This document shows, in pieces, positions 48,067 to 58,098 of a stretch of DNA of 64,000 bases (the first letter of the stretch is position 1; each line of letters begins with the position of its first letter). Location: contig OZ253956.1 in NCBI GenBank assembly GCA_965267355.1, positions 189,654 through 253,653 of the forward strand, given 5' to 3'. The stretch is from Vicingaceae bacterium. GTDB lineage: Bacteria; Bacteroidota; Bacteroidia; Flavobacteriales_E; Vicingaceae. The notes under the pieces are model-generated. The model was not told the origin of the DNA, did no database searches, and worked only from the letters and a program-made list of their open reading frames with translations. Made by a program: the position numbers and the translations under genes.

Positions 48067-49340
48067 AGCTGTAAAATTTTACTCCCTATGCTGCAATTTA
48101 AACATTTTTTTTCAGAACAATAGTTATTCTTTAATTCTAATAACGATTGAGTATGTAAAGCGTTGCCTGTTTTTACTCCCAATTTTTGCCAATTTTTAAT
48201 AATAGCATTTTGTTCTGGCTTTAACTCTTCTAATAAATTCAACGCTTTATCTACCAGTTGTTGGCTATTTTTTGCCTTACCATAAACAAAGGTAAACGGA
48301 ACTATTACATTAATAATGATATTATTTATGGTAGCCTCTCCAAGCTTTTTTGGTTTCTCATCATTAGTAATTTCACCAAACCGATAATGATTATTCCAAT
48401 AAGTAGAGGCAGTGACATTGAAACATTTTTGAAGTTCTTTAATGCTATTAGACTCTATCATTGCAGCAAATAACCTTGGATTTTTGGTTAAAAGTACTGA
48501 CAACTGACTTATGCGTAAAGTAGGAAAGTTATACGGACGAAGCCTTAAAAATTTCCATATACTCTTATCAATACTTTGTAACGAAAACTTTACCTTTAAA
48601 AAAGTATACTCTTTTTTTAACTCAATAAAATATTTATCTGTAATAGCATCTTCTAGAAATCCTGCTTGCCCGAAAAAAAGAGCTTCAACAGATTTAACTA
48701 AACAATGTTTATCTACAATTTTCAAAGGTGTATTAGATGCCAATTGAAAAAATGGTTCAGCATTAACTTTAAGTCCAAAATACTTAAACAAAAACTGATA
48801 AAAGGTTTCTTCCCAATCGTTACTATTTTGCTGTAATCTGTTTTCTATATCAGCTGCCTTACGTTCCAGTCTTTCAATAATCAAACGATTCAACCAACTT
48901 TTAACTGTAAAATCATCAATATATTTCAATTGATTTCCGCAAGGTATCCAATCTGAATTATTGATACTTGCTAACGAATTGTACTTAGCAATTAAATCTT
49001 TATTAATTAAGTCCTTTAACTCTAATGTGGATAAACTATTTCCTTCACTATTTTTTATTTCTCTGTCGTAATGATAAACCACATGAAGAATAACATTATT
49101 ATAAGATTTATCTAACTGGTGTTGGTGTTTCTCCCAATCAGAAGAATTAACATGAATTTCTACATTACCAGCCCAAACTGTATTGCCAATTTTTATTTTA
49201 GCATTAAAAAAATCAGGGCCAGCATCAGTATTTTCAATACCCTTTTCTAATATCTGAATAGAAAGATTATTAGTTGTAAATAACGATACAGACTTAAAAA
49301 GACTGTACTTCCAAATAAAATGGAGAAAATCCTCCTTCAT
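48063..49340 (-). CDS. DUF2851 family protein
   Basis: N-terminal MKEDFLHFIWKYSLFK, characteristic of DUF2851 as I recall it; conserved in Bacteroidota. Confidence 0.45.
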   Translation of the reverse strand: MKEDFLHFIWKYSLFKSVSLFTTNNLSIQILEKGIENTDAGPDFFNAKIKIGNTVWAGNVEIHVNSSDWEKHQHQLDKSYNNVILHVVYHYDREIKNSEGNSLSTLELKDLINKDLIAKYNSLASINNSDWIPCGNQLKYIDDFTVKSWLNRLIIERLERKAADIENRLQQNSNDWEETFYQFLFKYFGLKVNAEPFFQLASNTPLKIVDKHCLVKSVEALFFGQAGFLEDAITDKYFIELKKEYTFLKVKFSLQSIDKSIWKFLRLRPYNFPTLRISQLSVLLTKNPRLFAAMIESNSIKELQKCFNVTASTYWNNHYRFGEITNDEKPKKLGEATINNIIINVIVPFTFVYGKAKNSQQLVDKALNLLEELKPEQNAIIKNWQKLGVKTGNALHTQSLLELKNNYCSEKKCLNCSIGSKILQL

Positions 49341-49355
49341 TCTATTCTAAATTTA

Positions 49356-50357
49356 TTACGAAATATCTTCAGAAGTATCTAAATCAGATGCCCTACTCGG
49401 TCCAGTGTTCTTTTTTTTAGGCTTGGCTAAATCTGCTGGAGTAGTAGATTTTGTAACAGTATCAGCAGCCAATAAACTTGATTGAATTTGAGTCTGTAAA
49501 TCTCCTACTGTACCTGGAGAATAAGGAACAAAAATAGTGTTTACTCCTTCTTCTGCTAATCTACTAACTGTATCATAATGTTGAGTCATAAATAACATGT
49601 TCATTACTTGCTGACCTGTAACTCCTTCTTCCATGGCATCTTTAACCTCCTCAACAGATTGTTTTAAACCATTAGCAATTGCAATTCGCTGATTGGCTAT
49701 ACCTTCACCTTGTAATTTCTTACTCTCTGCTTCTGCTTCCGCAGCCGCTACAACTTTAATCTTCTCAGCTTCTGCATATTCTTTAGCCGCTTCTTTTAAA
49801 CGCTTAGCAGCATTAATCTCATTCATCGCATGCTTTACCTTAGCATCAGGATCAATATCAGTAATTAATGCTTTTACGATAGCATATCCGTACTCTTCCA
49901 TAGTAGCTGAAAGCTCTTGCTGTACAGCCTGTGCAATTTTTTCTTTTTCACTAAACACATCATCCAACTCCATATTAGGAACCTCTGAACGAATGGAATC
50001 AAAAACATAAGATTGAATCTGACGTGCCGGATTATCAAACTTGTAGAATGAAGTTTTAATTCCCTCCTCTGTCTCAACCACATAATATTGTACAGAAACT
50101 ATTAGTCGCACAAATACATCATCTTTAGTTTTTGTTTCAACTTCTACAGGCAACTCCATCACCCTTAAATTAACTGTACCTGCCTTTTTATCAATAATTG
50201 GAATTTTAAGGTTAAAACCCGAACGAGCTACTCGCTGAAACTTTCCTAACCTTTCAATAATAACAGCTGTTTTTTGTCGTACAATAAAAAATAAACCGAA
50301 AGTAAACAACACGCCAAATAAGCCTGCTACAATTTTTAAAACAAGAGCTACGTACAT
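49356..50357 (-). CDS. SPFH/band-7 (stomatin/HflC-like) membrane protein
   Basis: N-terminal TM, an SPFH domain, and an AE-rich coiled coil. Confidence 0.75.
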   Translation of the reverse strand: MYVALVLKIVAGLFGVLFTFGLFFIVRQKTAVIIERLGKFQRVARSGFNLKIPIIDKKAGTVNLRVMELPVEVETKTKDDVFVRLIVSVQYYVVETEEGIKTSFYKFDNPARQIQSYVFDSIRSEVPNMELDDVFSEKEKIAQAVQQELSATMEEYGYAIVKALITDIDPDAKVKHAMNEINAAKRLKEAAKEYAEAEKIKVVAAAEAEAESKKLQGEGIANQRIAIANGLKQSVEEVKDAMEEGVTGQQVMNMLFMTQHYDTVSRLAEEGVNTIFVPYSPGTVGDLQTQIQSSLLAADTVTKSTTPADLAKPKKKNTGPSRASDLDTSEDIS

Positions 50358-50381
50358 TTTATAAGTATTTTAGGTTAAGAA

Positions 50382-51197
50382 TTATTTCAAAAAATCTTGT
50401 AACAAGATACTCATTTCTTTTTGAATTTTCAAGGCTGAATTTCGGGCAGCCTCAGCAAAGTTTTCATCACTACCAGCATAAATAATTCCTCTTGAAGAAT
50501 TTACCAGCAACCCGCAATCTTTTGTCATACCATATTTACATACTCCATTTAAACTTCCACCTTGAGCACCAACGCCTGGTACCAATAAAAAATTATTGGG
50601 CACAATATTTCTAATATCAGCAAACATTTCTGGTCGGGTTGCTCCTACTACATACATTAAGTTTTCATCAGTTCCCCATTCTTGCGACTTTCTCAATACT
50701 TTTTCAAATAATCGCTCATTATCCAAACCAAAAAACTGGAAATCATCTGCTCCTTTATTAGAAGTTAAAGCTAAAAGAATAACCCATTTATTATCAAATT
50801 CTAAGAAAGGTTTTACCGAATCTTCTCCCATATATGGAGCAACAGTAACCGAATCAAAATTCATATTTTCGAAAAAAGCGCTGGCATACATTTTAGAAGT
50901 ATTACCTATATCTCCTCTTTTGGCATCTGCAATAGTAAATATATTATCAGGTATGTAATCTATAGTTTTTTGTAGAGCTTGCCAACCCTTAACTCCATAA
51001 CTTTCGTAAAAGGCGGTGTTGGGCTTATAAGCTACACACAAATCTTTGGTAGCATCAATAACCTGCTTATTAAACTCAAAAATTGGATCCTCAGCATCCA
51101 ATAAATGTTTGGGAATTTTATTGATATCAGTATCTAAACCAACACAAAGAAAAGATTGCTTTTCTTTAATTTGATTGATAAGTTCTTGTTTTGTCAT
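50382..51197 (-). CDS. pyrF: orotidine-5'-phosphate decarboxylase (type 2)
   Basis: 271 aa with the type-2 OMPdecase pattern ([18 protein letters not shown]). Confidence 0.8.
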   Translation of the reverse strand: MTKQELINQIKEKQSFLCVGLDTDINKIPKHLLDAEDPIFEFNKQVIDATKDLCVAYKPNTAFYESYGVKGWQALQKTIDYIPDNIFTIADAKRGDIGNTSKMYASAFFENMNFDSVTVAPYMGEDSVKPFLEFDNKWVILLALTSNKGADDFQFFGLDNERLFEKVLRKSQEWGTDENLMYVVGATRPEMFADIRNIVPNNFLLVPGVGAQGGSLNGVCKYGMTKDCGLLVNSSRGIIYAGSDENFAEAARNSALKIQKEMSILLQDFLK

Positions 51198-51200
51198 AAA

Positions 51201-52280
51201 TTATTCTGCTAAACCTGCTTTTAATTTTTCAGTATTCTCAGCAATCTTTAGTGGATTAATCACTTCATCCAAATCTCCACCAATTATGCCATCTAAATTA
51301 TAAAGTGTTAATCCTATTCTATGATCAGTAACTCTACCTTGTGGATAGTTGTATGTTCTAATTTTGGCTGATCTATCTCCTGTTGATACTTGCGATTTTC
51401 TTTCGGCTGCTCTCTCTTGTTCTTTTTTAATTACTTCAGCTTCATATAGTCTTGTTCTCAAAACTTTTAAAGCCTTATCATAGTTTTTGTGCTGCGAACG
51501 TCCATCCTGACATTCCACTACAACTCCTGTAGGAATATGGGTTAACCTAACCGCTGACTCGGTTTTATTAACATGCTGTCCACCAGCTCCTGAAGATCGA
51601 AAAGTATCTTTACGAATGTCGTCTTTATTTATCTCTATATCAACCTCCTCTGCTTCTGGTAAAACTGCAACGGTTACAGCAGAAGTGTGCACTCTCCCTT
51701 GTGATTCTGTTGCAGGCACTCTTTGCACACGATGAACACCTGATTCAAATTTCATTACTCCATAAACATTCTCTCCTTCCACACTAAAACCAATTTCTTT
51801 AAACCCTCCAGCTGTTCCTTCATTAACTGTAGTAATTTCTACTTTCCAACCTCTTTTATCTATATAACGAGAATACATTTTAAATAAATCGCCCACAAAT
51901 AAACTTGCTTCATCTCCACCTGTTCCAGCTCTAATTTCTATAATTACGTTTTTACTGTCCTCTTCATCTTTTGGTATGAGCAAGACTTTAATCTCCTCAT
52001 CCATTTCCTCTTTTTTGGGTAAAAGTTCATCTAATTCCATTTTAGCCATATCAACAAACTCCTTATCTGTTTCATTGGCAATAATCTCTTTTGATGATTC
52101 GATATTATTTATTACATCTTTATATTCTTTATAAACTTTTACTATTTCTCCCAACTCTTTGTACTCTCGGTTCAACTTCACATACCTATCCATATCGGCA
52201 ATAACTTCAGGATCAACAATCTGCTCACTAACCTGCTCGTACCTAATATTTATTTCTTCTAATTTTTTAAGTAAACTCAT
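51201..52280 (-). CDS. prfA: peptide chain release factor 1
   Basis: GGQ motif (SGAGGQHVNKTESAVRLTHIPTG) and a PxT-type decoding region. Confidence 0.9.
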   Translation of the reverse strand: MSLLKKLEEINIRYEQVSEQIVDPEVIADMDRYVKLNREYKELGEIVKVYKEYKDVINNIESSKEIIANETDKEFVDMAKMELDELLPKKEEMDEEIKVLLIPKDEEDSKNVIIEIRAGTGGDEASLFVGDLFKMYSRYIDKRGWKVEITTVNEGTAGGFKEIGFSVEGENVYGVMKFESGVHRVQRVPATESQGRVHTSAVTVAVLPEAEEVDIEINKDDIRKDTFRSSGAGGQHVNKTESAVRLTHIPTGVVVECQDGRSQHKNYDKALKVLRTRLYEAEVIKKEQERAAERKSQVSTGDRSAKIRTYNYPQGRVTDHRIGLTLYNLDGIIGGDLDEVINPLKIAENTEKLKAGLAE

Positions 52281-52286
52281 ATTTAT

Positions 52287-53459
52287 TTATTCGTAAACAA
52301 ATTCGCCAAACTCACTTTTAATGGTCAATTTCTTTTCTCCTTGAGATTCTACTCTACCCACAATTTGAGCATCTACATTAAATGATTTGGAAATATCAAT
52401 AATACTTGCTGCAATATCTTCAGAAACATATAACTCCATTCTGTGCCCCATATTAAATACTTTATACATTTCTTTCCAATCAGTTCCTGATTGTTCATGT
52501 ATTACTTTAAACAATGGTGGAACCTCAAAAAGGTTGTCCTTAACAATATGTAAATCATCTACAAAATGTAAAATTTTAGTCTGAGCACCTCCACTACAGT
52601 GAACCATTCCATTAATTTTTCCTTTATGTAAATCCAATATTTTTTTAATTATTGGAGCGTAAGTTCTGGTTGGAGATAAAACCAATTTTCCAGCGTCTAA
52701 TTCTACACTATCAACCTTATCAGTTAGGCTATAATTTCCAGAATAAACTAACTCTTCAGGAACATCTGCATCAAAAGTTTGAGGATATTTTTTAGCTACA
52801 GTTTTATTAAATACATCGTGCCTCGCGGAAGTTAGTCCATTACTACCCATTCCACCATTATATTCAGTTTCGTATGTAGCTTGCCCAAATGAAGACAACC
52901 CAATAATAACATCTCCAACTTGGATTTTAGCATTATCAATTACATCTTCTCGCTTCATTCTACAAGTAACTGTAGAATCTACAATAATTGTTCTCACTAA
53001 ATCACCAACATCAGCAGTTTCACCACCTGTAGAATAAATTCCTATGCCCTGATTTCTTAAATCTTCTAATAATTCTTCTGTCCCGTTAATAATTTCAGCT
53101 AATACTTCTCCCGGTATTAAGTTTTTGTTTCTTCCAATAGTTGATGACAACAAAATATTATCTACAGCTCCTACACACAACAAATCATCAATATTCATAA
53201 TCAAAGCATCTTGTGCAATACCTTTCCAAACTGATAAATCTCCTGTTTCTTTCCAATAAGCATAAGCTAAAGATGATTTGGTTCCCGCTCCATCTGCGTG
53301 CATTACAACACAATGCTCATCGCTACCTGTAAGCATATCCGGTATGATTTTACAAAATGCTTTAGGATACAACCCTTTATCAATATTCTTTATCGCATTG
53401 TGAACATCTTCTTTAGAGGCAGAAACACCCCTTTGCATATATCTATCTGATTGACTCAT
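52287..53459 (-). CDS. purM: phosphoribosylformylglycinamidine cyclo-ligase (AIR synthetase, Bacteroidota-type PurM); the ORF-track N-terminus (to 53510) reads through a terminator and is spurious
   Basis: PurM-like N/C domains, with MSQSDRYMQRGVSASKEDVH as the typical Bacteroidota PurM start. The internal Met coordinate is about 53459 (plus or minus 1). Confidence 0.7.
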   Translation of the reverse strand: MSQSDRYMQRGVSASKEDVHNAIKNIDKGLYPKAFCKIIPDMLTGSDEHCVVMHADGAGTKSSLAYAYWKETGDLSVWKGIAQDALIMNIDDLLCVGAVDNILLSSTIGRNKNLIPGEVLAEIINGTEELLEDLRNQGIGIYSTGGETADVGDLVRTIIVDSTVTCRMKREDVIDNAKIQVGDVIIGLSSFGQATYETEYNGGMGSNGLTSARHDVFNKTVAKKYPQTFDADVPEELVYSGNYSLTDKVDSVELDAGKLVLSPTRTYAPIIKKILDLHKGKINGMVHCSGGAQTKILHFVDDLHIVKDNLFEVPPLFKVIHEQSGTDWKEMYKVFNMGHRMELYVSEDIAASIIDISKSFNVDAQIVGRVESQGEKKLTIKSEFGEFVYE

Positions 53460-53507
53460 TGTTGGCACAATTTTTCTACAAATGTACTTGTTTAGGTATA
53501 AAAAAAG

Positions 53508-53531
53508 CATCCCGATTTAAATCGGGATGCT
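53508..53531 (-). terminator. rho-independent terminator: 24-nt perfect palindrome GCATCCCGATTTAAATCGGGATGC followed on the minus strand by TTTTTTT
   Basis: Perfect palindrome plus a U-run seen in sequence, immediately downstream of the 53553..55571 gene. Confidence 0.6.
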
Positions 53532-53552
53532 TATATTTTCACAATAAATTAT

Positions 53553-55571
53553 CTAATTAGATCCTTCTTCCTTCGGCTCTTCAGTACCCTCAGATGGCGG
53601 AACAAAGTTATCACCTATAACTTTAAAGTCGGTACGTCTATTACGTTGATGAGCTGCTTCAATCTCTTCTTTAGATTTTAAAGATTTAATATATTTCTCA
53701 GTTAACACAACTCCACCTGGTCCTTTAATTGGCTCAGATTCTCCCATACCTTTTGCTTTAATTCTATCAGGATGAATGCCTTTCTCTTTAGTTAAGTAAT
53801 CAACACAAGATTGAGCTCTTCTTTGAGATAATCTTTGGTTATAAGAAACAGAACCTCTAAAATCTGTATGAGAACGCAATTGAATAATCAAGGTTGGATT
53901 TTCAGTCATTATATTATATAAATAGTCTAAAGAATCTTTTGAGTTAGGTTTTAAGTCTGCTTTAGCATATTCGTACTCAATCAATGGTAACTTAATAACT
54001 ACATCCTGGAATGGTTGCAATGCATATTCATGGAAAAACTTTTTAGATTTTTCTAACCCTACTGTTGTTTCTTTACCTTTTGCAACTAAGTATTTCTCTT
54101 TTGTTACTACTAATGAATAAGAAGTATTCTCTTTAATATATCTGTCTGGTCCGTTTTCAACAAAAGCAAAATTACCATCTGCATCTGTTGTTGCCTCAGC
54201 AGAGCTACCATCTGTTCCAACCAACTTCACTAAAGCTCCTGCTAGTGGTTGGTTAGTTTCAACATCTTTAACTACCCCTTCTAAAGAAAATAGTTTTGGT
54301 GGTAAATAAAATTCCCAAATATCATCTCCACCTTTTCCACCTTCTCTACTTGTAGTAAAGAAACCTCTGTCTTGTTTTGGTTCAAAAACAATTCCAAAAT
54401 CATGAGCTGCAGAATTTAATGGGTATTGTAAGTTTTCTACACCACTCCATTGGTTAACTCCAGTACCTGCAGCTTTGTATAAATCTAAACCACCCATACC
54501 TTCGTGTCCATTAGATGAAAAGTATAATTCACCATTATCTCTAATGAATGGAAACATTTCATCTCCTGGTGTATTAATTTCAGAACCTAAGTTAGTAGGC
54601 TCCGACCAAGTTTTTGCTTTTTTATCATAAGTAATGTACCATAAATCTTTTCCTCCTTGTCCTCCAGGCATATTTGATGCAAACACTAAAGTATTATCAT
54701 CAGCAGAAATTGCAGGATGACCAACAGTAAAAGTATCCGCTGCTATTGGAATTACTTCAGCAGCACCCCATTTCTGACCAGCTTTCTTAGCCCACATAAT
54801 GCTACATCCCATAACACCTTTATTTTCAACACCACATCGAGTAAAATAAATCATGTTTCTTCTAGCATTCAGACAAGCTGCCCCTTCAGAAGCAGGAGAG
54901 TTAACTGTTTCATTCAACACAGTTGGTTCACTCCATTTTCCTTTTTTATCTCTTTTACTTGAATATAAATCAGAGAAATTCATTCCTGTCACATCAGAAA
55001 CTTCTGCGCCAGCAGAACCTTGACGAGTTGAAGTGAAATAAATCTCCGTATTCTTTTTATCAGCAAACACTGGAGAGAAATCATAATCTTCTGAGTTTAA
55101 TAAAGGCATAGGATTAACTACAAATCTTGTCGGGGTATCTTTCCATTCTTTAGCCTTTTCACAAGACTTAATTCCCATCTCAGCTCTCTTGTCACTTGGA
55201 TTAGCTGCTTTATATTTTTTATACTCAGCCATTGCCTCTTCGTACTTACCTTCAGAACGGTAAATTTCTGCAACTTTGAAGATTGCTATAGGATCTTCAT
55301 ATCTTGCTTTAATAGCTTTAGTGTACCAAACCGCTGCTTGTTTTCCATCATTCTTACCATTATAACACTCTGCAATTTGAAAAAGAATCTCAGCTTTTAC
55401 TTCTTTTTTAGTTTCTTTAGTGTAAGCTTTCTTGTACATTTCGATGGCCTTGTAATACTTACCACCTGCAAAAGCAACATCTGCTTCCAACTTATAATTT
55501 TTCTGCGCATTTGCCGCAAGGCTAAATGTCATTAACAAGGCAAAAACGCCAATTATTTTAAGATTTTTCAT
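53553..55571 (-). CDS. envelope protein with N-terminal TPR repeats, TolB/PD40-like beta-propeller repeats and C-terminal OmpA-like peptidoglycan-binding domain
   Basis: Signal peptide, TPR-like helices (YYKAIEMYKKAY...), WD40-like/PD40 repeat signatures, and a C-terminal OmpA-like block (NRRTDFKVIG). Confidence 0.65.
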   Translation of the reverse strand: MKNLKIIGVFALLMTFSLAANAQKNYKLEADVAFAGGKYYKAIEMYKKAYTKETKKEVKAEILFQIAECYNGKNDGKQAAVWYTKAIKARYEDPIAIFKVAEIYRSEGKYEEAMAEYKKYKAANPSDKRAEMGIKSCEKAKEWKDTPTRFVVNPMPLLNSEDYDFSPVFADKKNTEIYFTSTRQGSAGAEVSDVTGMNFSDLYSSKRDKKGKWSEPTVLNETVNSPASEGAACLNARRNMIYFTRCGVENKGVMGCSIMWAKKAGQKWGAAEVIPIAADTFTVGHPAISADDNTLVFASNMPGGQGGKDLWYITYDKKAKTWSEPTNLGSEINTPGDEMFPFIRDNGELYFSSNGHEGMGGLDLYKAAGTGVNQWSGVENLQYPLNSAAHDFGIVFEPKQDRGFFTTSREGGKGGDDIWEFYLPPKLFSLEGVVKDVETNQPLAGALVKLVGTDGSSAEATTDADGNFAFVENGPDRYIKENTSYSLVVTKEKYLVAKGKETTVGLEKSKKFFHEYALQPFQDVVIKLPLIEYEYAKADLKPNSKDSLDYLYNIMTENPTLIIQLRSHTDFRGSVSYNQRLSQRRAQSCVDYLTKEKGIHPDRIKAKGMGESEPIKGPGGVVLTEKYIKSLKSKEEIEAAHQRNRRTDFKVIGDNFVPPSEGTEEPKEEGSN

Positions 55572-55663
55572 ATCAAAAAGTTAGTTATCCTTTGAATAGC
55601 CGCTAAAGTAAAAAAATCTTTTTAATTAATCAAAGTAAATAGCACAAATAATTTAAAGAAAAA

Positions 55664-55692
55664 ATCCCCTTAAATTGAGTTTTCAAGGGGAT
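55664..55692 (-). terminator. rho-independent terminator for glnN: ATCCCCTT-(13 nt loop)-AAGGGGAT then TTTTTTTC on the minus strand
   Basis: 8-bp perfect stem plus U-run, 26 nt after the glnN stop. Confidence 0.55.
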
Positions 55693-55717
55693 AAAAAGGC
55701 TTTTTTTTTAGACAAAA

Positions 55718-57904
55718 TTATCTAGTAAACAATAGCTCACGTAATTTTGGCAATGGCCATAACTCATCATCAATTAACAATTCTAATTTATCAGAATGGT
55801 ATTTAATTGTATCAAAGTATGGTTTAATTTTATCACAATATGCTAATGCTTTTTTCTCAGTACTCTCTAATTTGTTTGCTTTCTTGCGCTCAGCAAGCAT
55901 ATTATCACAGTTTTCTTTAATTCCGTTAATATGCTCAGAAATATCCGTTAAAATTTGCTTTTGAGTTTGAGTAACTTTAGAAGCATTTTTCCCATAAATC
56001 TCATTAATGCCTTTAATGTTATCTATTATAGTGTTTTGATATTTAATAGCTGTTGGAATAATATGATTTTGTGCAATATCCCCCAATGTTCTTGATTCAA
56101 TTTGAAGTTTCATAACATAATTTTCCAACTCAATTTCATATCTCGCATCTAACTCAACTTCAGACAAAACACGCAATTCTGAAAATAAATTTTTAGTGTT
56201 TTTATCTACCATTACTTTAAGAGCTCTTGGTGTGTCTTTCAAATTAGATAACCCTCTTTTTGTTGCTTCTTTCACCCATTCATCACTATAACCGTTTCCT
56301 TCAAATCGAATAGCTTTAGACTCTTTAATCAGTTTTTGAAGCTCTTTTAAAATCGCTTCATCTTTTTTAACTCCTTTCTTTAATCTGACATCTACAGATT
56401 TTTTAAATTCTTTTAACTGCTTTGCAACAATCACATTTAAGGCAATCATTGCACTAGCACAATTAGCAGCTGAACCAACTGCTCTAAATTCAAATTTATT
56501 GCCAGTAAAAGCAAACGGTGAAGTTCTATTTCTATCTGTATTATCTAACAAAATTTGAGGGATCTTGCCAATACTAAGTTTTAATTCCGTTTTATCTTCT
56601 GGAGTCATTTTTCCAGCACCAATATTTTTCTCTAATTTATCTAACATTTCTGTTAACTGAGAACCAATAAACACAGAAATAATAGCAGGTGGAGCTTCAT
56701 TAGCACCAAGTCTATGATCGTTTCCTGCAGATGCAATGCTAGATCTTAGAATATCAGCATTATCATAAATAGCTTTAATAGTATTGACGAAGAAAGTTAA
56801 AAACCTAAGATTCGTTTTTGGATTTTTACCTGGAGCTAATAAATTAACCCCTGTATTAGTACCAAGCGACCAATTATTATGTTTACCTGAACCATTTAAA
56901 GTACCATAAGGTTTTTCATGTAACAACACTCTAAAATCATGTTTTCGAGCAATTTTCTCCAACAAATCCATTAACAAAAGATTGTGGTCGTTAGCTAAAT
57001 TAGCTTCCTCAAACATAGGAGCACATTCAAATTGATTTGGTGCCACCTCATTATGACGGGTTGTAACAGGTATCCCTAATTTATGTGCTTCAATTTCATA
57101 ATCTTTCATAAAAGCAGCTACTCTATCAGGTATAGATCCAAAATAGTGATCATCTAATTGTTGGCCTTTCGCAGGGTTATGTCCAACTAACGCCCTCCCT
57201 GTCATCATAATATCAGGTCTAGCATTATAAAGGGCTTTATCAATCAAAAAGTATTCTTGCTCCCACCCTAAACTTGCACTTACTTTTGTGATATTTTTAT
57301 CGAAATACTGACAAACATCGGTAGCAGCATGATCAACCGCCTGCAAAGCTTTTAATAATGGAATTTTAAAATCTAATGCCTCACCTGTATAAGCAATAAA
57401 TACAGTAGGTACACATAAGGTTTTTCCAATTACAAAGGCAGGAGATGTAGGATCCCAAGCTGTATAACCCCTTGCTTCAAAAGTATTTCTTATTCCTCCA
57501 TTTGGAAAACTAGATGCATCTGGCTCTTGTTGCACCAAATTCTCACCATCAAATTTTTCTATGGCTCTACCACCACTAATTGGACTAAAAAAAGAATCGT
57601 GCTTTTCGGCAGTTGCTCCAGTAAGTGGTTGAAACCAGTGAGTAAAGTGTGTTGCCCCCTTAGTTAACGCCCAATCTTTCATAGATGAAGCTACTTGATT
57701 AGCCATACTTCTATCTAATCGGGTACCACTATTAATCGAAGCCATTACACTTTTGTAAGCATCTTTTGGTAAGTATTCGCGCATAGTTTCTTGAGTAAAT
57801 ACATTTGTTGCATAATACTCTGATGCTTTACCTGCCGGAAATTCAACTTGTTTAGGTTGTCTTTCTAACACATCTTCTAAAGCTCTAAATCTGAAAGTTG
57901 GCAT
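55718..57904 (-). CDS. glnN: glutamine synthetase type III
   Basis: 728 aa, the length and pattern of Bacteroidota GS-III (N-terminal MPTFRFRALEDVLERQPK..., catalytic domain). Confidence 0.85.
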   Translation of the reverse strand: MPTFRFRALEDVLERQPKQVEFPAGKASEYYATNVFTQETMREYLPKDAYKSVMASINSGTRLDRSMANQVASSMKDWALTKGATHFTHWFQPLTGATAEKHDSFFSPISGGRAIEKFDGENLVQQEPDASSFPNGGIRNTFEARGYTAWDPTSPAFVIGKTLCVPTVFIAYTGEALDFKIPLLKALQAVDHAATDVCQYFDKNITKVSASLGWEQEYFLIDKALYNARPDIMMTGRALVGHNPAKGQQLDDHYFGSIPDRVAAFMKDYEIEAHKLGIPVTTRHNEVAPNQFECAPMFEEANLANDHNLLLMDLLEKIARKHDFRVLLHEKPYGTLNGSGKHNNWSLGTNTGVNLLAPGKNPKTNLRFLTFFVNTIKAIYDNADILRSSIASAGNDHRLGANEAPPAIISVFIGSQLTEMLDKLEKNIGAGKMTPEDKTELKLSIGKIPQILLDNTDRNRTSPFAFTGNKFEFRAVGSAANCASAMIALNVIVAKQLKEFKKSVDVRLKKGVKKDEAILKELQKLIKESKAIRFEGNGYSDEWVKEATKRGLSNLKDTPRALKVMVDKNTKNLFSELRVLSEVELDARYEIELENYVMKLQIESRTLGDIAQNHIIPTAIKYQNTIIDNIKGINEIYGKNASKVTQTQKQILTDISEHINGIKENCDNMLAERKKANKLESTEKKALAYCDKIKPYFDTIKYHSDKLELLIDDELWPLPKLRELLFTR

Positions 57905-57935
57905 TTTTAAGGGTTTAATGATTAAAAATTATTTT

Positions 57936-57943
57936 TTCAATGC
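57936..57943 (-). promoter_or_regulatory. sigma-A -7 box TAAATTTG (minus strand), 32 nt upstream of the glnN ATG
   Basis: Exact TAnnTTTG match. No canonical -33 TTG at the expected spacing. Confidence 0.3.
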
Positions 57944-57959
57944 AAATTTATATTTTTAG

Positions 57960-58005
57960 AGGGGGTAAAAACATAAAATATATTAAATATTTATTAACAC
58001 CCCCT
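57960..58005. promoter_or_regulatory. inverted repeat AGGGGGT-(32 nt AT-rich)-ACCCCCT overlapping the -20 to -70 region of the glnN promoter
   Basis: 7-bp G/C-only arms in otherwise AT-rich DNA, seen directly in the sequence. Confidence 0.3.
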
Positions 58006-58054
58006 ATTTTTTTCATTAAAATCAGTAATAAAACTATATTTATTAAAACAAAAA

Positions 58055-58078
58055 AGCCTCTACCAATTGGTAGAGGCT
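58055..58078 (-). terminator. rho-independent terminator: AGCCTCTACC-AATT-GGTAGAGGCT then TTTTTGTTTT on the minus strand, 20 nt after the OmpA-family gene
   Basis: Perfect 10-bp stem with a tetraloop and U-run. Confidence 0.6.
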
Positions 58079-58098
58079 TAAATTCTAGTTTAAAAAAC

